Assembly: GCA_045121195.1 (NCBI GenBank)
Contig: JBGVFO010000167.1
Location: 26,015 to 90,014, forward strand
Direction of reading: 5' to 3'
Source: Eubacteriales bacterium
Lineage (GTDB): Bacteria > Bacillota > Clostridia > Oscillospirales > CAG-272
DNA: 64,000 nt
Shown one piece after another: positions 49,223-58,335 of this stretch. The notes below the pieces were generated by a model. The model saw nothing but the letters and a program-made list of their open reading frames with translations, made no database searches and had not been told where the DNA came from. A program made the position numbers and the translations under genes. Position 1 is the first letter of the stretch; each line of letters starts with the position of its first letter.

Positions 49223-50127
49223 AACAGTATCAAGAGGCGTTTGAACGGGAATATCAAGCCACCTCGGAATTTCTGTTCCGAAACGTGCAAAGCCCCGGAA
49301 CCAACGCCACGATCCATCATTACACCCGCGGCGTGGCGGTCAACGCTATTTTCGTCAACGGTACGCTTCGATTCACTCGCTGGGACTTCCTTAACGATAT
49401 GAGCGAATTCACTTACGTGTACGGGCTCGTTAAGGAAGCGCTGAACAGCGCGGAGTACGATCCGGATTTTACCGGCTATATGAAGGAGATCAGTGATATT
49501 CACGACGCACTTCGCAAATCCACCGAGTATCCCAAGGCAGAGGACTATTTCGTAGCCTCCTTCTCCTTCAACGGCGACTGTCTGCCCCTTTGGAGCAACT
49601 ACGCCAAGATGAACGAGGCGGACGGCTACAGTATCCAGTTCAACTGTGACGATCTGCGGAAAAATCTTCAGGAAAAGAACGGCGTGCCGATCTTTCAGGG
49701 CTGTGTTATTTACGACATTGAGACCCAGAAATCGATCGTGCGGAAGATCCTTTCCTCCCTGTATACGCTGTACGGCATTCTGGAGGGAGAAGAGGACAGG
49801 GCAGAACGCATCGCCAACTGCTTTGAGGAATATATCTCCATCGTGGCGGGCTTTTTCAAGCATCCCTCCTTTGCGAACGAGGAGGAGTTCCGATTCGTAT
49901 ATAAGTGCTGTAAGTCGGAGAATCGGTATCCCATCAAGAGCCGTGTGCTGAACGCCATTATGATTCCGTGTATCGACCTTGAGTTTGATACCGGCATGTG
50001 TGAGCGGATCACCATCTCTCCCGCGGTCAATCCCGTGGTGGCACAAAACGGCTTGCGCTTTTTGCGGGAGCTTGTGGGCGGACAGTTTGACATTTCGGTG
50101 TCCTGCATTCCGTACCGAAATATTTAA
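49219..50127 (+). CDS. DUF2971-like protein (from memory)
   Basis: Block YFVASFSFNGDCLPLWSNYAKMNEADGYSIQF resembles the DUF2971 core (CFS..D.L.MW..YA..HKG.C..F-type). Confidence 0.45.
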   Translation: MKQYQEAFEREYQATSEFLFRNVQSPGTNATIHHYTRGVAVNAIFVNGTLRFTRWDFLNDMSEFTYVYGLVKEALNSAEYDPDFTGYMKEISDIHDALRKSTEYPKAEDYFVASFSFNGDCLPLWSNYAKMNEADGYSIQFNCDDLRKNLQEKNGVPIFQGCVIYDIETQKSIVRKILSSLYTLYGILEGEEDRAERIANCFEEYISIVAGFFKHPSFANEEEFRFVYKCCKSENRYPIKSRVLNAIMIPCIDLEFDTGMCERITISPAVNPVVAQNGLRFLRELVGGQFDISVSCIPYRNI

Positions 50128-50220
50128 GGTCGGGAAGCAGAAATTTCAAAGAGCGCTTGACTTATTGCCAATATTTCAGTATAATAGTATAAATGATAAA
50201 AATTCAAGGAGCCTATTGAT

Positions 50221-51168
50221 ATGTATAGAATTGGTGTTGATCTCGGCGGCACGAATATCGCCGCAGGACTTGTTGATGAAAGCTATAAGATCGTTCGTAA
50301 AAAGAGCGTTCCTACGGGAGCCGATCGCGCGCCCGAGCTGATCGTGGCAGATATGGCAAAGCTTTGCCGCGCCCTTTGCGAGGAGGCGAAGGTGGAGCTT
50401 TCCGAGGTGATTTCCGTAGGAATCGCCAGCCCCGGTATTGCCAATCACGATACGGGCGTGGTAGAATATGCCAACAATTTGCCCTTTATCAATTTTCCCA
50501 TTGCCTCGATGCTGTCTGAGCGTTTCGAGGGCAAGCCCGTTTATATTGAAAACGACGCCAACGCCGCCGCTCTTGGCGAGGCAGTTGCCGGTGCCGCAAA
50601 GGGCACCCGCAGCTCGGTTATGATCACCCTCGGTACCGGTGTGGGCGGTGGTATCATCATTGACGGCAAGGTCTATTCCGGCTTCAACTACGCAGGCGCC
50701 GAGCTGGGGCATATCGTAATCGAGCACGAGGGCAGACAGTGCTCCTGCGGCCGTAAGGGTTGCTGGGAGGCGTATAGCTCTGCGACGGCTCTGATCAAGA
50801 TGACGAACGAGAAGCTTGAGGAGTGCCGCGCTCGCAAAAGAAAGACGATCATGGCAGACGCGCCCCGCATTTCGGGACGCACCGCGTTCGATGCGATGAG
50901 AGCAGGCGACGAGGCAGGCAAGGAAGTTGTCGAAATGTACCTGTCCTACCTTGGAACGGGACTTGTCAACATCGTGAATATCTTTCAGCCCGAGATGATC
51001 TCCATCGGCGGAGGCGTTTCGGGTGAGGGACAGTGGCTGGTTGACGCGCTGGTAACCAAGATCCGTTCCGAGGAGTACGGTCACGGCGTGGTTCCCGGAA
51101 CCAAGGTTCGTATTGCGGAGCTTGGCAACGACGCGGGTATCGTCGGCGCCGCCGTTCTCGGTATGTAA
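50221..51168 (+). CDS. glcK: ROK family glucokinase
   Basis: VDLGGTNIAAGLVD N-terminal ATPase motif and the ROK Cys/His zinc motif (GHIVIEHEGRQCSCGRKGCWE). Confidence 0.85.
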   Translation: MYRIGVDLGGTNIAAGLVDESYKIVRKKSVPTGADRAPELIVADMAKLCRALCEEAKVELSEVISVGIASPGIANHDTGVVEYANNLPFINFPIASMLSERFEGKPVYIENDANAAALGEAVAGAAKGTRSSVMITLGTGVGGGIIIDGKVYSGFNYAGAELGHIVIEHEGRQCSCGRKGCWEAYSSATALIKMTNEKLEECRARKRKTIMADAPRISGRTAFDAMRAGDEAGKEVVEMYLSYLGTGLVNIVNIFQPEMISIGGGVSGEGQWLVDALVTKIRSEEYGHGVVPGTKVRIAELGNDAGIVGAAVLGM

Positions 51169-51203
51169 CGAAAGAAAAAGGAGATGCTGATGCATCTCCT
51201 TTT

Positions 51204-51641
51204 TTATGATAGACTGTCGGCGAAGGTGGTGGCAAGGGTGTCACACCGTTCGTTATAGGCGTGACCGTTATGACCGCGCACCCAGATAAACTCCACCTTG
51301 TGGACGGCGAGTAGCTCCAAGAGGGTCTCCCACAGGTCGGGGTTGAGGGCAGGGGACTTGTCCGCCTTCTTCCAGCCCCGCTTGCGCCAGCTCTCTGCCC
51401 AGCCGTTCACGATAGAATCGATCATGTACTTGGAGTCGGAATACAGGGTGATCTCGCAGGGCTCCTTGAGTGCCTCCAGTGCCTTGATGGCGGCGGTCAG
51501 CTCCATGCGGTTGTTGGTGGTCTCGCGCTCGCCTCCGCTCATTTCCTTTTCATGCTTTCCATAGACGAGAATGGCGCCCCAGCCCCCTTTTCCGGGGTTC
51601 CCGCGGCAGGCGCCGTCGGTGTATATATCCACGTGCTTCAT
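51204..51641 (-). CDS. rnhA: ribonuclease HI
   Basis: [25 protein letters not shown], with NNRMEL and the SDSKY-type block. The upstream ORF extension was discarded. Confidence 0.9.
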   Translation of the reverse strand: MKHVDIYTDGACRGNPGKGGWGAILVYGKHEKEMSGGERETTNNRMELTAAIKALEALKEPCEITLYSDSKYMIDSIVNGWAESWRKRGWKKADKSPALNPDLWETLLELLAVHKVEFIWVRGHNGHAYNERCDTLATTFADSLS

Positions 51642-51823
51642 TATCAGTTTCTCCGTTTTGGGGCAGGCATCCGATACCTGCTTTTTTTCTAATGGTACCA
51701 CAAAACGAAAAAAAAAGCAAGATTTTTGAGCGATCTGTTGCAATTTCTTAAAAAATATGATAAAATTGTTTTGTATTTATCTTTTGAAACAAGACAAATC
51801 GACATTTTACGGGAGGAACCCTT

Positions 51824-52783
51824 ATGAACACCGAGCAGCTTGAAAAGCAAGCCCCCGTGGTAGAGAAAGAGGCACCGAAGGAAATGCCCGCGGCATCCAA
51901 GTCCCCTAAAAAGCGTCGTCGCAGATGGGGTGATCGCCCCGACGGTCGCAGGCTTCGCACCACAAGCCCGATGCTGAAATTTACGCCGTACATCATGGAG
52001 CACCGCTATGACGCGGTCAATACCTATTCGGACAGCTTTGACGTCACCAAGGTGGATGCTTACTGCCGAAAGAAGGTCAAGCAGGGATATACGCATTTTG
52101 GATTTCTCCACGTATTTCTTGCGGCTTACATCAGAACGGTTTCCCAACGTCCCGGCATCAACCGCTTTATCAGCGGACAGAGAGCCTATTCCAGAAACGA
52201 TATTACCGTGGTTATGACCATCAAGCGGAATATGTCCCTTGAGTCTGACGATACCTGCATCAAGGTCCATTTTTCGCCTGACGAGACCATTGATCAGGTG
52301 TATGAGAAATTCAACGCGGTGGTTGAGGAGAACAACAAAGAGGGCGAGAGCAATTCCTTTGATAAGGTCAATCGTCTGTTGCTGTTTATTCCCGGACTTC
52401 TGCTTCGCTTTACCGTGAAGTTCCTGTCGTTTTTGGATTATTTCGGATGGCTTCCCAAGAAGCTTCTTGAGGTCAGCCCGTTCCACGGCTCGCTGATCAT
52501 CACAAGTATGGGCTCCCTTGGCATTAAGCCGATCTATCACCATCTTTACGATTTTGGAAATCTTCCGATATTCGTGGCTTACGGCGCGAAGAGAAGTGCT
52601 ATCGCTCTTGACAAGGATGGAAACGTGAGCAAGCGTCGGTATATTGACATTAAGGTCGTGACCGATGAACGTATCTGCGACGGCTACTACTATGCGTCTG
52701 CCTTCAAGATGATGCGCCGTTTCGTAGAGAATCCCGAGGTGCTGGAGCTGCCGCCCGAGCAGGTCTTTGAAGACATTGATTAA
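51824..52783 (+). CDS. 2-oxoacid dehydrogenase E2-type acyltransferase catalytic-domain (CAT-fold) protein lacking lipoyl domain; basic N-terminal tail
   Basis: C-terminal TDERICDGYYYASAFKMMRRFVENPEVL aligns by eye to the E2 DHRxxDG...LL.P signature, with Glu in the His position. N-terminus is Lys/Arg-rich (SPKKRRRRWGDRPDGRR). Confidence 0.45.
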   Translation: MNTEQLEKQAPVVEKEAPKEMPAASKSPKKRRRRWGDRPDGRRLRTTSPMLKFTPYIMEHRYDAVNTYSDSFDVTKVDAYCRKKVKQGYTHFGFLHVFLAAYIRTVSQRPGINRFISGQRAYSRNDITVVMTIKRNMSLESDDTCIKVHFSPDETIDQVYEKFNAVVEENNKEGESNSFDKVNRLLLFIPGLLLRFTVKFLSFLDYFGWLPKKLLEVSPFHGSLIITSMGSLGIKPIYHHLYDFGNLPIFVAYGAKRSAIALDKDGNVSKRRYIDIKVVTDERICDGYYYASAFKMMRRFVENPEVLELPPEQVFEDID

Positions 52784-52808
52784 ATTAAAAAAATTTTTAA
52801 GAAAAGTG

Positions 52809-52837
52809 TTGACAAAGAAATTTAGATATGATATAAT
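52809..52837 (+). promoter_or_regulatory. consensus sigma-A promoter TTGACA-17-TATAAT
   Basis: gTTGACAaagaaatttagatatgaTATAATact read directly. Drives the 52-aa ORF. Confidence 0.65.
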
Positions 52838-52878
52838 ACTGGTGTATTTTGGAACAATATTTATCGGAGGATGACACG

Positions 52879-53037
52879 ATGAAAAAGGTATATACCGCAC
52901 CTAAGGCTGAAACGCTTGTAATCGAGGCGAAGGATATTATCACGTCGAGCCGTATGCTGAGTCTCCACTCGCAGAACGACGCTACCAATACGATCTCCGA
53001 GATTTCTTGGGACGATTTTGTAGGCGGCGGCAACTGA
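52879..53037 (+). CDS. small hydrophilic protein (52 aa), hypothetical
   Basis: GGAGGA RBS 8 nt upstream of ATG. MKKVYTAPKAETLVIEAKDIITSSRMLSLHSQNDATNTISEISWDDFVGGGN. No Cys, no signal peptide. Confidence 0.45.
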   Translation: MKKVYTAPKAETLVIEAKDIITSSRMLSLHSQNDATNTISEISWDDFVGGGN

Positions 53038-53049
53038 TTGCCCGATGAA

Positions 53050-53090
53050 GAAAGAGGATGTATTTTCATCCTCTTTTTTCTTTTTTATGT
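53050..53090 (+). terminator. strong rho-independent terminator after small ORF
   Basis: GAGGATGtattttCATCCTC followed by TTTTTTCTTTTTT. Confidence 0.75.
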
Positions 53091-53279
53091 CACTGGCAAT
53101 TTATACAAACCGAGAACGATTGGTTTGGTAAATGGCACAAAAATAAAAGAAATATATTGACAAGAACCGGACTTTGTGATACAATTCTAATGTATTATTG
53201 CGGGGTCTGTTGAAGTTCGACGGACACTTGCAAATGACCGCGCAGAATCGCGCGAACAAATTTTGTAAGGAGAACGATT

Positions 53280-54125
53280 ATGAAAAAGATTTTCAGTTGC
53301 CTTCTCGTTGTTGTTATGCTTGCGGCTCTTCTTGCTGTCGGCGTAAGCGCAGCAGAGAAGAATTATCTCGCCTTTGAAAATTACGGTGAGATCGCACAGG
53401 TTGAGAGAAAAGTGATCCGTCTTGACGGTGATAAGGATGAGCTGTATGACGCGGCTACTCCCATCAGCATCGCTACTCTGCACGGCGGCCCTGCCGGCAA
53501 GACCACCAACGTAACCGGAACGGCGTACGTTGTATATGACTCCCAGTACATTTGGGCTCTGGTTGAGGTAAACGATACCACCTTGAATACCCACGCATCC
53601 GACGCGCTGAATGCATCTTTCAGAGAAGACAGCGTTGAGCTTCTGGTTGAATGGGAAAATGGAGGCATTGATATTGCCAACAAGACTCCCTACCAGTGCC
53701 GTCTTTCTCACGAGGGCTACATTTCCGCAAGACTTGGTCAGACCGGAGAGTCCATGTTCGGTTCTGTTGAGGACGGTGGAACCGCTCCTGTAACCTGGCT
53801 GAACGGTGCCGCAAAGGTAAGAGCTGACGGAACCGGCTACAACTGTGAGTTCAGAATTGAGCTTCCCGAGGGCGTTAACGTAGGCGAGAGAATCGGTATC
53901 AACTTCATGATCAATGACTGGACCGATCAGGGCGGCGACCGTTTCATGATTACCAGCGCAGCGAACGGCGCAGGTGAGTGGAACGTTGCTGATATTGGCT
54001 ATATGAGCTTCAACGGTGTTCCTTATACCGCTGATATGACCATCGTATACGTTGTAATTGCTCTGGTTGCTGCTCTTGCAATCGGCGGTGCTACGCTTGT
54101 TTCTCTGAAGAAGAAGGCAAAATAA
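53280..54125 (+). CDS. secreted, C-terminally membrane-anchored protein with carbohydrate-binding (CBM9/DOMON-like) domain, hypothetical
   Basis: Signal peptide MKKIFSCLLVVVMLAALLAVGVSAA; C-terminal hydrophobic helix plus KKKAK. TTGACA-17-TACAAT promoter upstream (~53158-53190). Domain call is tentative. Confidence 0.4.
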   Translation: MKKIFSCLLVVVMLAALLAVGVSAAEKNYLAFENYGEIAQVERKVIRLDGDKDELYDAATPISIATLHGGPAGKTTNVTGTAYVVYDSQYIWALVEVNDTTLNTHASDALNASFREDSVELLVEWENGGIDIANKTPYQCRLSHEGYISARLGQTGESMFGSVEDGGTAPVTWLNGAAKVRADGTGYNCEFRIELPEGVNVGERIGINFMINDWTDQGGDRFMITSAANGAGEWNVADIGYMSFNGVPYTADMTIVYVVIALVAALAIGGATLVSLKKKAK

Positions 54126-54275
54126 TCGAACATCGTTTACATAATTTGCATTCATAGCAGATCGCACATCGATATTGTTTCGGTGTGCGGTCTGTTTTTT
54201 TTGGCGAAATCGGCATAGCCGTCACTTTTTTGCAAACAATAACATTGATAAAAACAAAAAGGAACGGTTGCAAAA

Positions 54276-55712
54276 ATGAACCGATTATCAAAGGATTACC
54301 GAAAAAACGTGGAGCTCCTTGACCGATTGCTTCGCGTAAAGGAGAATTTTGATATTATCAAAAAGCCTCTTGCTATGGGTCGGGATGAACTGACCTTTTA
54401 TTATATAGACGGATTTGTGAAGGACGCCGTGATGCAGAAGATGATGATCTATTTTCTGTCGGTTGGGAAGCTGGGCGAGGGCGCGGACGCGGCGCAGACC
54501 TTCCTTGACGCTCACGTGCCTTACGTGGAGACCGAGCTTTGTGAGTCGGTGGACACGCTGACGCAGATGATGCTTTCGGGCGCCGTGGTGATGCTTGGAA
54601 GCAGCTTTGGCGACCGTGCGATCCTCATCGACGCGCGAACCTATCCCGCAAGAGAAACCTCCGAGCCGCAGAATGACCGCGTGATGCTAGGCGCGAGAGA
54701 CGGCTTTGTAGAAACCTTGATCTTTAATACCGCCCTGATCCGAAGACGTATTCGGGATACCTCGTTGACGATGAAGTATATCACGGTCGGTGAAAAATCA
54801 AGAACCGACGTGGTGCTTTGCTATATGAGCGACCGCGCGGACGGCGCGTTTGTGGATCATATTGAAAAAAAGCTGACCGCAATCAAGACCGAGGCACTAC
54901 CTATGGGGCATCAATCTCTTAGCGAATGTCTGATCCGCAGTCGGTGGTACAATCCCTTTCCCAAGATCCGCACCACAGAGCGCCCCGACGCCGCGGCAGC
55001 ACAGCTTCTTGAGGGAAGCGTTATGATCCTTGTGGACAATTCTCCCGAGGTGATGATCCTGCCCACAAGTATCTTTGACTTTATGCAGGAAACTAACGAT
55101 TATTATTTTCCACCCCTTACCGGTACCTTTCTTCGCTTGGTGCGGCAGGTCATTATGTGGTTGACCCTTTTTATGACCCCGGTTTGGTTCCTTTTGGTGA
55201 AAAATCCCCAACTGGTTCCCGATTTTTTGGCGTTTACCCTTCCCGAAACCACGGGGAAGATCCCGATTCTCGCCCAATTGCTTCTCACCGAGTTCGTGAT
55301 CGACGGTCTGCGGATGGCGTCCATGAATACCCCCGATATGCTTTCCAACTCGCTTTCGGTGGTGGGCGGATTGATCCTTGGCGATTTCGCCATCGGCATC
55401 GGCTGGCTGATCCCCGAGGTGATCCTGTATATGGCGTTCGTTTCCATCGCCAATTTTTCACAACGAAACTATGAGCTTGGCTACGCCTTCAAATTCTTGC
55501 GGATCCTGCTACTGATATTTACGGCGATATTTAACGTCTGGGGCTTCGTCATCGGCGTTGCGGCGGTCATCCTTCTGATTGCCTCCAATAAGACCGTCAA
55601 CGGCAAGCGGAGCTATCTGTATCCTGTGATTCCGTTTTCTTGGCAGGCATTCAAGGCACTTTTCTTCCGCGTAAAAAAGCGGGATGTTTCGAAGGAATCC
55701 GACGCATCATAA
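54276..55712 (+). CDS. spore germination protein, GerA-family A subunit (GerAA/SpoVAF-like)
   Basis: 478 aa. Soluble N-domain followed by a 5-6 TM C-terminal region. Blocks LTFYYIDGFVKD and ...VDNSPEVMILPTSIF... are typical of GerA-family A subunits. Confidence 0.8.
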   Translation: MNRLSKDYRKNVELLDRLLRVKENFDIIKKPLAMGRDELTFYYIDGFVKDAVMQKMMIYFLSVGKLGEGADAAQTFLDAHVPYVETELCESVDTLTQMMLSGAVVMLGSSFGDRAILIDARTYPARETSEPQNDRVMLGARDGFVETLIFNTALIRRRIRDTSLTMKYITVGEKSRTDVVLCYMSDRADGAFVDHIEKKLTAIKTEALPMGHQSLSECLIRSRWYNPFPKIRTTERPDAAAAQLLEGSVMILVDNSPEVMILPTSIFDFMQETNDYYFPPLTGTFLRLVRQVIMWLTLFMTPVWFLLVKNPQLVPDFLAFTLPETTGKIPILAQLLLTEFVIDGLRMASMNTPDMLSNSLSVVGGLILGDFAIGIGWLIPEVILYMAFVSIANFSQRNYELGYAFKFLRILLLIFTAIFNVWGFVIGVAAVILLIASNKTVNGKRSYLYPVIPFSWQAFKALFFRVKKRDVSKESDAS

Positions 55713-55883
55713 AAAGAATATAAGATTGGCGTGCCGACGGTGAAGCGGTACGCCATTTTTATATAGAGAAACTCGAATATCGGTGGAATTGCGGTCAAAA
55801 AGCAAGTTATTGATTCATTTTGATTTTGTGATATAATGATATTGAAAGCAGAGCTCGCTTATCTTTTTCAAAGGAGAAACGAT

Positions 55884-56936
55884 ATGACGCATATAGGCAT
55901 GAAGATAAAAGAATTGCGAAAAGAGAAGGATATGACACAAGAAAAGCTCGCGGAATATCTGAATGTGTCTTTTCAGGCGGTTTCCAAATGGGAAACGGGC
56001 GTAGCATCGCCGGATCTTTCCATGATCGTTCCGTTGGCGCGGTTGCTTGACGTGACTACCGATGAGCTTTTCGGGCTTGTAAACAACGAGGATGAACGGC
56101 GGGAAGAATTGCGCCATTTGTGGGAAGGAACTTGGAATACCGGAGACACGGAAAAACGGTATGATATCTCAAAAATCGCTGTGTCGGAATACCCCGGAGA
56201 CTTTGAGTTTTTGATGTGGCTTGCCGATTCCGAGGCTTCTTATGCCATTCATAACTGTGAAAAAAACTCCGCAGAGCAGAACGAGCATTATCAAAACGCT
56301 GTCAAATACTATGAGATGATTATTCAGGATTGCTCGGACACGGAAATCAAAAACGATGCCATATATGGAATTGTGATGGTGTTACCCGATATTGGAAGTC
56401 GGGGCGAGGCGGCGATGTACGCGAAGCAGCATCCGCACTCCGACGAACTGCTGATGTGGTGTCTTGTTGGTGAGGAAAAAGAGGAACACAGGCAAAAACT
56501 TATCCGCAGATATATGGATAAATTGATTGGGTATTTGGAGTTTGGAAAACACGATCTTCCTTCAATAAAAGCCGCCGAGGCGATTATTAAAACTGTTATT
56601 TCGGACGGCAATTATTTGTACCACAACGATACGCTAATGCACAATCACATATGGCAGGCAATGTGTCTTACCCGCGAAGGACGGCTTGACGAGGCAATCG
56701 ACGCTTTGAAAAAATCACATCAATATGCGGTTTTGTATGAGGGTGTGCTGACGCAAGCAAAAAAGAAGGCTCTCCCCTATACCTGCCCTATACTGAACAA
56801 ATTGAAATTTGACGGAAATGATATGTCAGTAAGTGGAACGACTACTTTGACAGAGGATTTTAAGGAATATCTTACATGGAAAGCATTTGATGTTCTGCGG
56901 GAACGTGAAGATTTCAAAGCATTGTACGATTTATAA
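55884..56936 (+). CDS. XRE-family HTH regulator with ~290-aa C-terminal all-helical (TPR/RNPP-like) domain
   Basis: N-terminal MKIKELRKEKDMTQEKLAEYLNVSFQAVSKWETGVASPDLSMIVPLARLLDVTTDELF is an HTH_3 domain. The remainder is helical repeats with no TM. AT-rich codon usage. AAAGGAG RBS. Confidence 0.6.
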   Translation: MTHIGMKIKELRKEKDMTQEKLAEYLNVSFQAVSKWETGVASPDLSMIVPLARLLDVTTDELFGLVNNEDERREELRHLWEGTWNTGDTEKRYDISKIAVSEYPGDFEFLMWLADSEASYAIHNCEKNSAEQNEHYQNAVKYYEMIIQDCSDTEIKNDAIYGIVMVLPDIGSRGEAAMYAKQHPHSDELLMWCLVGEEKEEHRQKLIRRYMDKLIGYLEFGKHDLPSIKAAEAIIKTVISDGNYLYHNDTLMHNHIWQAMCLTREGRLDEAIDALKKSHQYAVLYEGVLTQAKKKALPYTCPILNKLKFDGNDMSVSGTTTLTEDFKEYLTWKAFDVLREREDFKALYDL

Positions 56937-57099
56937 TATTTCGCTTTGCCCCGCCTCGCGCGGGGCTTTATTTTTGTGTGAATAAAGAGAGAAAAAGGAC
57001 AAGACCGTGGGGGAGGACTTGCTCTCGTTACAAAACAAAAATCGGCAGAGGTGTTGTTCCTCTGCCGATTTTGTGGTATAATGGGATGGGTGATGAAAA

Positions 57100-57609
57100 A
57101 TGGAAAACGAATTGCCGAAACGGAAACCTACGCGGCTAAGAGATTTTGATTATAATTCTTCTGGCGCATATTTCATAACGATATGTACTGAAAACAGACG
57201 TCAGATTTTATCTCATATTGTAGGGGGCGACGTCCTCGACGCCCCGAAAAGTACAGAATTATTGCTATGTGGAAAGATTGCGGATAAATATATAAATCAG
57301 TTAAACGATTTTTATGATAATATAAAGGTCGATAAATATGTAATTATGCCCAATCATATACATATTATGTTGTTTGTATCGGAAGACGGGGCGTCGAGGA
57401 CGTCGCCCCCTACAAGACAACATTCGGTGGTGTCACAATTTGTATCGACATTTAAACGGTTTTGTAACAAAGAATACGGTTGCAACATTTGGCAACGCCA
57501 TTTTAACGATCACATCATCCGAAACCGAAAGGATTATGAGGAACACCTGCGGTATATCTATGAAAACCCGACTCGTTGGTACTATGACGAATTATACGCA
57601 GAAGAGTAG
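57100..57609 (+). CDS. IS200/IS605-family Y1 HUH transposase / RAYT-like, copy 2
   Basis: Paralogue of 34966-35466 with the same HUH (MPNHIHIML) and C-terminal WQRHFNDHIIRNRKDYEEHLRYIYENPTRW. Preceded by hairpin TCGGCAGAG-N10-CTCTGCCGA plus TGGTATAAT. Terminator-like hairpin downstream (~57660-57690). Confidence 0.75.
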   Translation: MENELPKRKPTRLRDFDYNSSGAYFITICTENRRQILSHIVGGDVLDAPKSTELLLCGKIADKYINQLNDFYDNIKVDKYVIMPNHIHIMLFVSEDGASRTSPPTRQHSVVSQFVSTFKRFCNKEYGCNIWQRHFNDHIIRNRKDYEEHLRYIYENPTRWYYDELYAEE

Positions 57610-57703
57610 GGACTTCGCCTTCGCATTTGTAAGATAAATGTGAAATTCAAATATAAAGCAAACCCCGACAGAAAATCGTCGGGGTTTTGCTATCGTTTGT
57701 TTT

Positions 57704-58258
57704 TTATGTAAGCGAATCCAATTTTTCCTTGATCGCCTTCATATCGACGAGCATTTCCTCCTTGCGACGTGGGTCGCGGAGAAGCAGGGCGGGGTGATAA
57801 ACGGCGGTCATCAGGAACTGCCCCTTCTCAAACCACTGTCCGTGCTCCTTGGTGATCTTGAAATCTGGCTTGATGAGGCGCATCGCCGAGATGCGTCCAA
57901 GGCAAACAATGATCTTGGGGCGGATCAGCCGTACCTGTTCCCGAAGATAGCCGATGCAGGCATCCTCCTCGGCGGGCAGGGGATCGCGATTCTTGGGCGG
58001 GCGACATTTGAGAATGTTGGCAATGTAGACGTCCTCACGGGGAATATCTACGGCATACAAAAATTTATCAAGCAGCTGTCCCGCGCGTCCCACAAAAGGG
58101 GTGCCCGAAAGATCCTCCTGCTCGCCGGGGGCTTCTCCAACGAACATCAGATCCGCGTTGGGATTTCCCACGCCGAACACGCAGTTGGTTCGCGTTTCGC
58201 CGAGGGGACAGGCGTGACAATTCACACAGGCTTCGTAAAGCTGATTTAAGTTTTCCAT
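57704..58258 (-). CDS. uracil-DNA glycosylase family 4
   Basis: C..C..CPL.. N-terminal Cys cluster (CVNCHACPL), GEAPG motif (VGEAPGEQED) and a late HPA-type motif (VYHPALLL). Confidence 0.85.
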   Translation of the reverse strand: MENLNQLYEACVNCHACPLGETRTNCVFGVGNPNADLMFVGEAPGEQEDLSGTPFVGRAGQLLDKFLYAVDIPREDVYIANILKCRPPKNRDPLPAEEDACIGYLREQVRLIRPKIIVCLGRISAMRLIKPDFKITKEHGQWFEKGQFLMTAVYHPALLLRDPRRKEEMLVDMKAIKEKLDSLT

Positions 58259-58335
58259 AGGGCATCCGTCCTTTTTGCATTTTACAATGCTATTGTATCA
58301 CAAAGCAAGGAGAAATGCAAGGGGCGGAGCGTATT

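Noticed and set aside
51681-51708. Plus-strand hairpin plus T-run (GCAGGcatccgataCCTGC TTTTTTT) just upstream of rnhA on the opposite strand
   Set aside because: Terminator-like, but there is no plus-strand gene ending nearby. It lies in the untranslated region upstream of minus-strand rnhA. Possibly terminates antisense or read-through transcription; not enough to call a feature.
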